Source: Coprococcus sp.
GTDB lineage: Bacteria > Bacillota > Clostridia > Lachnospirales > Lachnospiraceae
Reading direction: 5' to 3'
Assembly: GCA_022793995.1 (NCBI GenBank)
Contig: JAAWDY010000011.1
Span: 49,596-113,595 of the forward strand
Length of the DNA: 64,000 nucleotides
Of the stretch, positions 8,871-17,856 are shown one piece after another (positions within the stretch are counted from its first letter, which is position 1; each line of letters begins with the position of its first letter). Below the pieces are notes generated by a model. It was given only the letters and a program-made list of their open reading frames with translations, made no database searches and was not told the origin of the DNA. Both the position numbers and the translations under genes were made by a program.

Positions 8871-9308
8871 ATGAAAATAGCAATCGGCTGCGACCCGAAC
8901 GCGACAGAGTACAAAAAGGTATTGATCCCATTTATCGAGGGGCTGGGCCATGAGTGTGTGGATTTCGGAAGCGACGATCCGATCTACGCGAATACTGCTG
9001 TCCGTCTTGCAGAAAGTGTGGCGGCGGGAGAATGTGAGCGCGGTATCTTGATCTGCGGGACAGGCATCGGCGTAAGTATCGCGGCGAATAAAGTAAAAGG
9101 CGCTTATGCGGCGCTTGTCAACAATGTATACCAGGCACAGCGCGCACAGCTCAGCAACAATGCCAATATCATCACCATGGGTTCGCAGGTTACGGGTATT
9201 GAGCTGGCAAAATGCCTTGTAAAAGAATATTTAGGACTGACCTATGATCCAAATTCACGTTCCGCGCCGAAGGTAGCAAGAATCGTGGAGTATGAGAACG
9301 AAAAATAA
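8871..9308 (+). CDS. rpiB: RpiB/LacA/LacB-family sugar-phosphate isomerase (ribose-5-phosphate isomerase B-like)
   Basis: MKIAIGCD...GILICGTGIGVSIAANKVKGAYAAL signature, 145 aa, strong GGAGGAG RBS. Confidence 0.8.
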   Translation: MKIAIGCDPNATEYKKVLIPFIEGLGHECVDFGSDDPIYANTAVRLAESVAAGECERGILICGTGIGVSIAANKVKGAYAALVNNVYQAQRAQLSNNANIITMGSQVTGIELAKCLVKEYLGLTYDPNSRSAPKVARIVEYENEK

Positions 9309-9316
9309 AAATGATG

Positions 9317-9346
9317 AAAAGGAGCCAGGTGAAGGCTCCTTTTTTA
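9317..9346 (+). terminator. rpiB rho-independent terminator
   Basis: AAAAGGAGCC-aggtga-AGGCTCCTTTTTT. Confidence 0.8.
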
Positions 9347-9431
9347 AAAAGAATTAATAATATTTCTATTGAATCCACAATTCCTGGGGGCTATAATGGG
9401 TATCATCAGATAAAAATCGGGGTGTTGTTCT

Positions 9432-10127
9432 ATGTTTTTGTGGGGAAGCTATGGGCTGGGAAGTTTGATGTACCGTTTTTTCCAGACGTTGATCTATGTG
9501 GTTCCAGCGATCCTGATCGCAATTTCCATGCATGAATTTGCACATGGATATATGTCATACCTTTTGGGCGATGTGACGCCGAAGCAGGATGGAAGGCTGA
9601 CTTTGAACCCATTCAGGCATCTGGATGTCTGGGGGACGCTGTGCCTTTTATTTTTCCATGTGGGATGGGCGAAGCCGGTGCGCGTGAATACCAGGAATTA
9701 TAAGAATCCCAAAAGAGATATGATCCTGGTCGCGGCGGCGGGACCGGCAATGAATTTTCTGCTGGCGTTTCTCTTTGCTCTTTTGTATGGTGTAATCTAT
9801 AAATTCGGCACCAGCGGTATGGTGGTGAATTATTTATATGTGTTTTGTTTCTACGGGGTGACGCTAAATGTAGGACTTGGGGTTTTTAATCTGATCCCGG
9901 TCCCACCTCTGGATGGGGCCAATATATTGGCGGAGCTGTCTCCAAAGGTGGAACGCTTTTATATGAGGATACGTCCTTACCGGCTTCTTCTGATCGCCCT
10001 GCTTTTGGGATGTGTGAATATGCCGCTCCGTTATATTGACAGCGCGATTGTAAACGGGCTTCTCAGTCTTATAAAATGGATCCTGCAGATCGGGGTGGGC
10101 GTTTCTGGCGGTGGGACGCTTCTTTAG
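9432..10127 (+). CDS. Site-2 protease (peptidase M50) family membrane metalloprotease
   Basis: HEFAHGY zinc motif in TM1, multiple TM segments, and FNLIPVPPLDG matching the M50 second motif. Confidence 0.8.
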   Translation: MFLWGSYGLGSLMYRFFQTLIYVVPAILIAISMHEFAHGYMSYLLGDVTPKQDGRLTLNPFRHLDVWGTLCLLFFHVGWAKPVRVNTRNYKNPKRDMILVAAAGPAMNFLLAFLFALLYGVIYKFGTSGMVVNYLYVFCFYGVTLNVGLGVFNLIPVPPLDGANILAELSPKVERFYMRIRPYRLLLIALLLGCVNMPLRYIDSAIVNGLLSLIKWILQIGVGVSGGGTLL

Positions 10128-10139
10128 GCAAAACCTTTG

Positions 10140-11270
10140 TCAATCTGTCGCGGTTTTAGCGCTGATGCCGTTGATCTCAACGCGGTCGTCCACGCCGATT
10201 ACCAGGCATTTGCGCCCGTCGATCACGCGTGTCTCCACCAGATCCATGCATTCTGGGTTCACTTGGATTGTGATATCGGGGGTTTTTATGACAAATTTTT
10301 TCATATCCGCTACATTCGAGGCGATGAGTGTGGAATTTTCTCCTGCCGCCGCCTCATATTGCGTGTCAAAATCTTCTAATTGATTTTCCTCGACCCCACT
10401 TTTGGTAAGTAGGTATTTCACCTCAGCTTTATCCAAAGTAAGCGGGTCTGGATTATCTGAATTCTGCTCTATGAGTTCATTTAAATTTTCATGGATATTT
10501 TTTACCACGTCATAAGCACAGTCTTCGCCCAAAGTTTCTTCGACTAAAGTACGGAAGATCTCCTTCTGTCCTTCTACTGTGAGTGGCGGCACGCAGCCTA
10601 GCAGAAGATCGGTAAGACCGTTATAGAGATTTTCAGCATTCTTTGAATAGTAGAGAAGACTGTGGATGTCGCTTCCTCTGTCGTTGAACGCCGGGAAGAG
10701 GAATCCGGCATCTGGCATCTCCACGACCCAGTCCCGGATACGTTCATGGAAACTGTTTTCTTCAATATGATAGCTTAAGGCCGGTTTGGAAAGCTTGACA
10801 GGACAGATACAGCAGAGTATGTAGTCGTACACTTCATCCGAAGCGTCGAACATCTCACTGCCGTCTGAGGCTTTTCCAGGGATATCGTAGACGGCGTGGA
10901 TTAAGAGGATGAGATAATGTTCACCGTAATCATAGGAATCGATGACCCGGTCATAAAAAGCTTCCAGAAGTTCGTCGTCGGTAAGACGGCTGTCCCGGAG
11001 CTTTAGCAGGGCTTCCTGGGTTCCTCCTTCGGCTTCCGTCTCCAGCGGAAACTCCATGTTCAGAAGATTTTTTCCGATCGTCCCGGACAGGGATTTGCGG
11101 AAAATGTCGAAATATTTGAACATTTCCTCCTCGGGAAGGGAAAGAAACGCTTCCTTGAATTCTGTCTTTTTCTCCTTTTCAGCGCCCACATAGCATCCGC
11201 AGATACGCGTGGCGGCACAGTTCGCAGGTGTAAATTGCTTTTTGATTTCTGCAACTTCTTTTTTATTCAT
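10140..11270 (-). CDS. Uncharacterised ~376-aa cytoplasmic protein (possibly DUF4317-type)
   Basis: Clean ORF starting at MNKKEVAEIKKQF. Cys clusters CAATRICGCYV and YILCCICPV. The family name is from memory only. Confidence 0.55.
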   Translation of the reverse strand: MNKKEVAEIKKQFTPANCAATRICGCYVGAEKEKKTEFKEAFLSLPEEEMFKYFDIFRKSLSGTIGKNLLNMEFPLETEAEGGTQEALLKLRDSRLTDDELLEAFYDRVIDSYDYGEHYLILLIHAVYDIPGKASDGSEMFDASDEVYDYILCCICPVKLSKPALSYHIEENSFHERIRDWVVEMPDAGFLFPAFNDRGSDIHSLLYYSKNAENLYNGLTDLLLGCVPPLTVEGQKEIFRTLVEETLGEDCAYDVVKNIHENLNELIEQNSDNPDPLTLDKAEVKYLLTKSGVEENQLEDFDTQYEAAAGENSTLIASNVADMKKFVIKTPDITIQVNPECMDLVETRVIDGRKCLVIGVDDRVEINGISAKTATD

Positions 11271-11351
11271 AGATAAACGAGGCTCCTTTTGCAATAATCC
11301 AATTTTAATATATATCAGTATACGGTCTGGAGGAAGAGAAATCAAGTGAAT

Positions 11352-11573
11352 CTATCCCTTAAAATACCAAGTCGGCACAGGATTACGCATATTATCGTAC
11401 CAAACCAGAACTTCCTTGGCCTGTTTCATCATGTTAAATTCAGACTGTTTTGTATCATGCTGTTGGATATCGGACACGCGCAAAAGATACCGCGTGCCGT
11501 TTTCATCGGTAACACAGTATTTTTTGTCGCTTGACCAGCCTTTGTCTATTGGTTCTTTTGTTACATAATTCAT
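11352..11573 (-). pseudogene. N-terminal remnant of an aminoglycoside/choline-kinase-like phosphotransferase (APH family)
   Basis: KGWSSDKKYCVTDENGTRYLLRVSD...EFNMMKQ resembles the APH N-lobe. The ORF stops after 73 aa (full length would be ~260-300 aa) and its tail diverges. Confidence 0.55.
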
Positions 11574-11599
11574 CTGCGTATCTCCTTAATTAAGTTTTA

Positions 11600-11806
11600 T
11601 TATATCCTTTCAGAGTAAAAAGTAAAGCCGCAATCTCCATCGGTAAGCGAAATTGTCATATGAAATGGCTTCGCTGAAACGTTCAGCCATAAAAGCTCGA
11701 AACCGCTGCTACGCAGCTTCTCCGCAGCAAAAGCTGCTCGTTTCTCGCTTAATGGGCGTTCCGCCCATTCCAGAATATGGACATGTATCCCTTTACATGC
11801 GAGCAT
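11600..11806 (-). CDS. Small 68-aa ORF of unknown function, possibly another gene fragment
   Basis: ORF only, with no recognisable motif. Its start lies inside a long inverted repeat. Confidence 0.2.
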   Translation of the reverse strand: MLACKGIHVHILEWAERPLSEKRAAFAAEKLRSSGFELLWLNVSAKPFHMTISLTDGDCGFTFYSERI

Positions 11807-11832
11807 GTACGAGGATACGTGTCCATATTCTG
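11771..11832. repeat. 62-nt inverted repeat / long hairpin
   Basis: CAGAATATGGACATGTATCC ... GGATACGTGTCCATATTCTG: 20-nt arms with 1 mismatch. The spacer holds an inner TACATGC/GCATGTA pairing. Confidence 0.8.
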
Positions 11833-11869
11833 TCTGGCTGACTTGTATTGAAATTTTACAAAAAATTTA

Positions 11870-11898
11870 TTGCATCTTAGATTTTGGGGGAATAGAAT
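11870..11898 (+). promoter_or_regulatory. Candidate promoter for the RND permease gene
   Basis: TTGCAT - 17 nt - TAGAAT, 60 nt upstream of the ATG. Confidence 0.45.
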
Positions 11899-11958
11899 AG
11901 GAAATGCGTGTAAGGTTATGACAAGTTATGTATAGAAAGCAGAGGAGGAAAAGACCGC

Positions 11959-14900
11959 ATGTCAAAGTTTTGTGTAAGGAAACCATTTACTGTCCTGGTA
12001 GGAGTGGTGATGGTAATCGTACTTGGAATCATTAGTTTTACGAGGATTACCACGGATCTGTTTCCCACCATTACCCTCCCATATGTAGTTGCGATCACTA
12101 CATATCCGGGCGCTACGCCGGAGAGAGTGGAAAGTTCTGTTACCGAGGTTTTGGAAAGTTCTCTTGGGACTGTAAATGGTGTGGAAAATGTGACGAGTAC
12201 TTCGTCGGAGAATTTCAGCATGGTAATGTTGGAGTTTGAAGACGATACGAATATGGACAGTGCGATTGTCAAGCTGTCCACTGCGATTGAACAGATATCC
12301 GGCGTGCTTCCGGAGGAAGCGGGAACTCCGATGTTAATGGAGATTTCTCCGGATATGCTGCCGACCATGACGATGAGTATTGATTACGACGGAATGGACG
12401 TTAAGGAGTTAAGCAAGTTTGCGGAAAAGACCTTAATCCCTTATCTGGAACGGCAGGCAGGGGTCGCAAGTGTAAGTACGACCGGGCTCACCGAGGAGAG
12501 TGTGGAGATTCGGCTCAATCAGGGAAAGATAAATAATGTGAACGACCGGCTTTTAGCAGAGTTGGACGGAAAGTTCGCAGAGGCAAAACAGGCTTTGGAC
12601 GATAGTGAGGCGAAGCTTTCCCAGGCAGCGGGCGAGATCGCGTCAGGGAAGTCGCAGCTTCAGTCTCAGCAGGATTCTACCTATGAAGAGCTGGCAAAAT
12701 ACAGCCAGATGCTAGACGGCGCCCTAGCGAGCGCGGCTTCTTATGAGGCGCAGGTAAACGGGCTTAAGACCAGCCAGGCAGCGCTCGGCGCGGAGAAACA
12801 GGCGTATGAGGAGCAGCTTGTTCCGGCATATAACCAGCTGAACGAGGCTTTGGGGATGATTCCGGGAGGGATGTTTCCAGGAGGCGAGACGCTTAGCGTT
12901 TCGTCGATTCTCGCGGACGAGACGCAGGAGACGTTTAACAAGGTGAAGGAAAGCATCGAACAGATGCTTCCTATGATGCCGGATAACGAGGAGAAGGCAC
13001 AGCTGGCGGCTCTGAACGAGGCGTTTACCTGGGAGAATCTTTCCACAATGGAGGAGAAAGTAACGACCCGGATTCCGCAGATTGATACAGAGCTTGCAAA
13101 CCTGGATACAGAAATCATGGCGGCCCAAGCTGTCCTGGATCAGGTCAATGCGCAGGTGGAAGCGGCGAAGAATAATTATGCGTCTGTAGAGATGGGAAAG
13201 CTTTCCGCGGCCGCGGCGTTTGGCGCGGCGAGCGCGCAGCTTGCTGCAGGCGAGAGTGAACTGACTTCCGCGCAGGCGCAGCTCGACGAGGCAAGGGAGC
13301 AATACAATACTGCGCGTGAGACTGCAATGGAGAGCGCTAATATTGACGCGATGGTAACAAAAGATACCTTATCCCAGATTATTTATGCACAGAACTTTGA
13401 GATGCCGGCCGGGTACATCAAAGAAGGGGAGTCGCAGTTCCTTCTGCGGATCGGCGATCAGTTCGAGACTTTGGATGAACTGAAAAATGTACTTCTCGTC
13501 AGTATGGATGGCATCGGGGACGTGCGTCTTACGGATGTGGCCGACGTAGGAATGATCGATAATTCCGGGGATAGCTATGCAAAGATCAATGGGAACGACG
13601 GCGTAATCTTAAGCGTTATGAAGTCGTCAGCTTCGGGAACTTCCGAGGTATCGCGTACCCTGAACGAAGCGATCGAGGAACTAGAAACAAAATATGAAGG
13701 ACTCCATATCACGCCGCTGATGGACCAGGGGGAATACATTAAGTTAATTATTGATTCTGTCCTGCAGAATCTCATCTATGGAGCCGTTCTAGCCATTATC
13801 GTATTGGCGCTGTTCTTAAAGGATTTCAAGCCAACGGTTGTGATTGCGTTCAGTATTCCGATGAGCGTATTGTTTGCGATTGTGCTTATGTATTTTTCTA
13901 ATGTAACGCTCAATGTGATTTCATTGTCCGGGCTTGCGCTGGGCGTTGGGATGCTGGTGGATAACTCGATCGTCGTGATTGAAAATATTTATCGATTAAG
14001 AAGCGAGGGGGTTCCGGCCCCCAAGGCGGCAGTCCTAGGAGCAAGGCAGGTGTCAGGTGCAATATTTGCCTCCACCTTGACGACCATCTGTGTGTTCTTG
14101 CCGATTGTATTTACGGATGGGCTCACGCGGGAACTTTTTACAGATATGGGGCTTACCATTGCATATTCTCTTCTTGCAAGTCTCTTTGTGGCCCTTACCT
14201 TTGTACCAACCATGAGCGCGACTGTGCTGAAAAAGAGTAGGGATAAAAAACATCCGTGGTTTGACGCGGTGATTCATATGTACGAGAAGGCGCTCCGTTT
14301 TTGTCTGCGCTGGAAAGTGGTTCCAATCGGTATCTCCATAGCACTTTTGGTGCTGGCCTTTTCTGCGGCTGCAAAAATGGGTCTTTCTTTGTTCCCGAGT
14401 ATGAGTTCAGATTCGATCAGCGTAAATGTTGTGATGAACGACGAGCTGGATCAAGAAACGATTTATAAACAGGCAGATGAAATTCTTGAGAAAATCGGGA
14501 AAATCGAAGGCGTGGAGACCGTAGGGGCTATGGCGGGCGGAAGCGGGATGTCGGTTTCTTCCATGGCCGGTTCCGGGACGACCGGTGAAAAGCAGATCCG
14601 TTATACACTCTATGTCATTTTGGATGAAGAGCATGCGAACGACGGAGAGAAGGCGGCCAAAGAGGCCGAGAAGATCGGTGTGGGAAGAGAAGACCAGTTC
14701 GAGATCACTGCATCTGCGTCTGCGATGGATATGTCCGCCCTCAGTGGAAGCGGAATGGAGATCGATATCAAAGGTGACGACATTGATACTCTTCTTGCGG
14801 TAAGCGAGGATGTAATGGGAATCCTGAACCAAGTCAAAGGCTTTGAAAATGTATCGAACGGGCAGGAAGAGGGCGATATGGGAATCAAGCTTGCCCTGGA

Positions 14901-15972
14901 TAAAGATGCCGCTATGCGAAACGGTCTGACGGTTGCGCAGATTTTTGGAGAGCTGTCGGCAAAGCTTACGACGCAGAAGACAGCCTCTGCACTTACCTTG
15001 GAGGGAGAAGAATACGATGTGATTATTGTAGATGAAAACAATCTTCTGACAAAAGAGAATCTTTTGGATTATGCCTTTGAGACGACAAAACGGGACGCGG
15101 AGGGAAATGAGGAAAAAGAAACGCATAAATTGAGTGAGTTTGCCTCAGTGGAAGATGCAAACAGCATCGCGTCGATTCAGAGGGATAACCAGGCAAGACA
15201 CATAACCGTTTCCGCAACGACGATGGAAGGCTATAACACGACCCTTTTGAGCAGGGATGTAAAGGATCTGCTTGAAGACTATAAAGCGCCGGAGGGATAT
15301 TCTGTTGAGATCGCCGGAGAGGTGACGAATATTGAGGATACCATGATCGATCTTCTGAAGATGATCGCGCTGGCATGTGCTTTTATCTATATGATTATGG
15401 TAGCGCAGTTCCAGAGCCTATTGTCCCCGTTTATCGTAATCTTTACGATTCCGCTGGCGTTTACCGGGGGACTTCTGGCAATCTGGATCTCAGGGGAGAC
15501 GTTATCGGTAGTCGCGATGTTAGGATTTCTGGTGTTGGCCGGAGTCGTGGTAAATAACGGGATTGTGTTCGTGGACTATGTGAATCAGCTTCGGCTGGCA
15601 GGGCGTGAGAAAAAGGAGGCACTTGTGGAGACAGGAAAGACTCGTATGCGCCCCATTCTCATGACAGCTCTGACAACGATCCTTGCCATGTCAACCATGG
15701 CATTCAGCCAGGAGGCGACCGCGCAGATGAGTAAAGGGATGGCGATCGTTACCATCGGAGGACTGACCTATGCGACTTTTATGACATTGTTCATCGTCCC
15801 GGTGCTCTACGATATCTTCTTCCGCCGCAAGCTGCAGGTGATCGACGTAGATTCCGATGTGGAGATAGAGGAAGAAAATATCGTGCTGGCGATCGACGCG
15901 TCTATGGGGGAAGAAAGTCTTCAAAAGTCCGAGATAGAAAAAGATGATATGGAAGAACAGAAAGAGAACTAA
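11959..15972 (+). CDS. RND-superfamily efflux permease (AcrB/HAE-like) with a ~270-aa coiled-coil insertion in the first extracytoplasmic loop
   Basis: 1337 aa with the two-fold 1+5 TM RND layout. TM4/TM10-type motifs GLALGVGMLVDNSIVVIENIYR and GFLVLAGVVVNNGIVFVDYVNQ. Residues ~195-467 are heptad-like and Ala/Gln/Glu-rich. Confidence 0.85.
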   Translation: MSKFCVRKPFTVLVGVVMVIVLGIISFTRITTDLFPTITLPYVVAITTYPGATPERVESSVTEVLESSLGTVNGVENVTSTSSENFSMVMLEFEDDTNMDSAIVKLSTAIEQISGVLPEEAGTPMLMEISPDMLPTMTMSIDYDGMDVKELSKFAEKTLIPYLERQAGVASVSTTGLTEESVEIRLNQGKINNVNDRLLAELDGKFAEAKQALDDSEAKLSQAAGEIASGKSQLQSQQDSTYEELAKYSQMLDGALASAASYEAQVNGLKTSQAALGAEKQAYEEQLVPAYNQLNEALGMIPGGMFPGGETLSVSSILADETQETFNKVKESIEQMLPMMPDNEEKAQLAALNEAFTWENLSTMEEKVTTRIPQIDTELANLDTEIMAAQAVLDQVNAQVEAAKNNYASVEMGKLSAAAAFGAASAQLAAGESELTSAQAQLDEAREQYNTARETAMESANIDAMVTKDTLSQIIYAQNFEMPAGYIKEGESQFLLRIGDQFETLDELKNVLLVSMDGIGDVRLTDVADVGMIDNSGDSYAKINGNDGVILSVMKSSASGTSEVSRTLNEAIEELETKYEGLHITPLMDQGEYIKLIIDSVLQNLIYGAVLAIIVLALFLKDFKPTVVIAFSIPMSVLFAIVLMYFSNVTLNVISLSGLALGVGMLVDNSIVVIENIYRLRSEGVPAPKAAVLGARQVSGAIFASTLTTICVFLPIVFTDGLTRELFTDMGLTIAYSLLASLFVALTFVPTMSATVLKKSRDKKHPWFDAVIHMYEKALRFCLRWKVVPIGISIALLVLAFSAAAKMGLSLFPSMSSDSISVNVVMNDELDQETIYKQADEILEKIGKIEGVETVGAMAGGSGMSVSSMAGSGTTGEKQIRYTLYVILDEEHANDGEKAAKEAEKIGVGREDQFEITASASAMDMSALSGSGMEIDIKGDDIDTLLAVSEDVMGILNQVKGFENVSNGQEEGDMGIKLALDKDAAMRNGLTVAQIFGELSAKLTTQKTASALTLEGEEYDVIIVDENNLLTKENLLDYAFETTKRDAEGNEEKETHKLSEFASVEDANSIASIQRDNQARHITVSATTMEGYNTTLLSRDVKDLLEDYKAPEGYSVEIAGEVTNIEDTMIDLLKMIALACAFIYMIMVAQFQSLLSPFIVIFTIPLAFTGGLLAIWISGETLSVVAMLGFLVLAGVVVNNGIVFVDYVNQLRLAGREKKEALVETGKTRMRPILMTALTTILAMSTMAFSQEATAQMSKGMAIVTIGGLTYATFMTLFIVPVLYDIFFRRKLQVIDVDSDVEIEEENIVLAIDASMGEESLQKSEIEKDDMEEQKEN

Positions 15973-16010
15973 AAATGTCGCCGGAACGAGGGAGAAAGCG
16001 AAAAAAACGC

Positions 16011-16039
16011 TTGATTTTCCTGGGCAAAAGTGCTAGACT
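16011..16039 (+). promoter_or_regulatory. Candidate promoter of the rimP-nusA-infB operon
   Basis: TTGATT - 17 nt - TAGACT. Confidence 0.45.
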
Positions 16040-16062
16040 ATTTAAAGTAACATAAGAAATCT

Positions 16063-16098
16063 GCAGAAGAGTGGACGAAAGTTCACTCTTCTTTTTGC
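16063..16098 (+). terminator. Intrinsic terminator-like hairpin in the rimP-nusA leader (or RND gene terminator)
   Basis: AGAAGAGTG-gacgaaagtt-CACTCTTCT followed by TTTTT, 50 nt upstream of the rimP start. Confidence 0.65.
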
Positions 16099-16148
16099 AG
16101 AATATGCCGGCGGGATGAGAGCCGGGGGAAAGAAAGGAAGTTTGCAGA

Positions 16149-16616
16149 TTGTCAAAGCGAGAAGTGTATGAAAAGAAAACAGAAGAAATTCTGCTTCCCA
16201 TCCTGGAAAAGAATGGATTTGACCTATGGGATGTGGAGTATGTAAAGGAGGGGAGCAGTTGGTATCTTCGCGCCTACATTGATAAGCCGGGCGGCATCAT
16301 GATCGATGACTGTGAAGTGGTATCCAGGGAGCTTTCGGACATTTTGGACGAGAAGGATTATATTGAGGATACTTATATTTTGGAGGTGAGTTCTCCAGGA
16401 CTGGGCAGACCTCTAAAGAAGGAACGGGATTTTGAAAGAAGCCTGGGAGAAAAGGTGGAACTGCGCACTTATCGCCCAATCGATAAACAGAAAGAATTTA
16501 TTGGTACTTTAAAAGAGTACGATAAGGATACGGTTACCATTGAATATGAAAGCGGCGGGACAGGGAGATTTAATAGAAAGGATATTGCCCTAATCCGCCT
16601 CGCGTTTGATTTCTAG
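16149..16616 (+). CDS. rimP: Ribosome maturation factor RimP
   Basis: LLPILEKNGFDLWDVEYVKEGSSWYLRAYID and LEVSSPGLGRPL motifs. TTG start. Position upstream of nusA. Confidence 0.9.
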   Translation: MSKREVYEKKTEEILLPILEKNGFDLWDVEYVKEGSSWYLRAYIDKPGGIMIDDCEVVSRELSDILDEKDYIEDTYILEVSSPGLGRPLKKERDFERSLGEKVELRTYRPIDKQKEFIGTLKEYDKDTVTIEYESGGTGRFNRKDIALIRLAFDF

Positions 16617-16636
16617 TGACAGGAGGAAAAAGGAAA

Positions 16637-17842
16637 ATGAATACCGAATTATTGGAAGCACTTACGATTCTGGAGCAGGAAAAGGATATCAGTAAAGATG
16701 TGATGTTGGATGCCATTGAAAATTCATTAATCAATGCGTGTAAGAACCACTTTGGAAAAGCAGACAACATTAAGGTCATCATGGATCGGGAAACCTGCGA
16801 TTATTCATTGTTTCAGGAAAAGACAGTCGTGGAAAGCGTGGAGGACGACGTGGAAGAGATCAGCCTTGCAAACGCTAGGATGATCGATCCGCAGTATGAT
16901 CTTGGTGATATTGTGCAGATACCGGTCGAATCAAAGTCTTTCGGACGGATCGCCACTCAGAATGCGAAGAACCTGATTCTTCAGAAGATCCGCGAGGAGG
17001 AGAGAAAGGTCGTCTATGATCAGTATTTCGAGAAAGAAAAAGACATCGTGACAGGCATTGTGCAGAGGTATGTGGGGAAGAACATTAGCATCAACCTGGG
17101 CAAAGCGGACGCCATGCTGACCGAGAACGAACAGGTAAAAGGCGAGGTCTTCAAGCCCACAGACCGGATTAAGCTTTATGTCGTGGAGGTGAAAAATACC
17201 ACAAAGGGTCCGAAGATTCTGGTTTCCCGTACGCATCCGGAACTGGTTAAACGTCTGTTCGAGGCAGAAGTGACGGAAGTGAAAGAAGGCATCGTAGAGA
17301 TCATGAGCATTGCACGCGAGGCCGGTTCCCGTACGAAGATCGCAGTATGGTCCAATGACCCGAACGTGGATCCGGTCGGGGCCTGCGTGGGTATGAACGG
17401 CTCCCGTGTAAGCGCGGTCGTGGAAGAACTCCGCGGGGAGAAGATCGATATTATCAACTGGAATGAGAATCCCGCGCTTTTGATTGAGAACGCGTTAAGC
17501 CCTGCGAAGGTCATTTCCGTTATGGCAGATCCGGATGAAAAGATGGCGAGCGTGATTGTGCCGGATTACCAACTTTCGCTCGCGATCGGAAAAGAAGGTC
17601 AGAACGCAAGGCTGGCGGCAAGGCTTACAGGATATAAGATCGATATCAAGAGCGAGACGCAGGCCATTGAGTCCGGCGAGCTTCCGCCGAATTATATGGA
17701 ACTTGGAGTGGAAGGCGAATACGAAGAAACCTACACTGACGAGGAGTACACGCACGGGGATGTTACCGGAGAAGAGTATACAGAAGAGGGGTATGCTAAG
17801 GAAGAGTACACGGAAGATGACCTTGAACTTTTTGAAGAATAA
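16637..17842 (+). CDS. nusA: Transcription termination/antitermination factor NusA
   Basis: N-terminal domain, S1 and KH1/KH2 blocks (GACVGMNGSRV, IGKEGQNARLAA). Acidic Tyr/Glu-rich tail. AGGAGG RBS. Confidence 0.95.
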   Translation: MNTELLEALTILEQEKDISKDVMLDAIENSLINACKNHFGKADNIKVIMDRETCDYSLFQEKTVVESVEDDVEEISLANARMIDPQYDLGDIVQIPVESKSFGRIATQNAKNLILQKIREEERKVVYDQYFEKEKDIVTGIVQRYVGKNISINLGKADAMLTENEQVKGEVFKPTDRIKLYVVEVKNTTKGPKILVSRTHPELVKRLFEAEVTEVKEGIVEIMSIAREAGSRTKIAVWSNDPNVDPVGACVGMNGSRVSAVVEELRGEKIDIINWNENPALLIENALSPAKVISVMADPDEKMASVIVPDYQLSLAIGKEGQNARLAARLTGYKIDIKSETQAIESGELPPNYMELGVEGEYEETYTDEEYTHGDVTGEEYTEEGYAKEEYTEDDLELFEE

Positions 17843-17856
17843 ATAGGAGTGATGAT

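Noticed and set aside
9311-9535. 74-aa ORF between rpiB and the M50 protease gene.
   Set aside because: It begins inside the rpiB terminator hairpin, overlaps the protease start out of frame, and has no RBS or motif.
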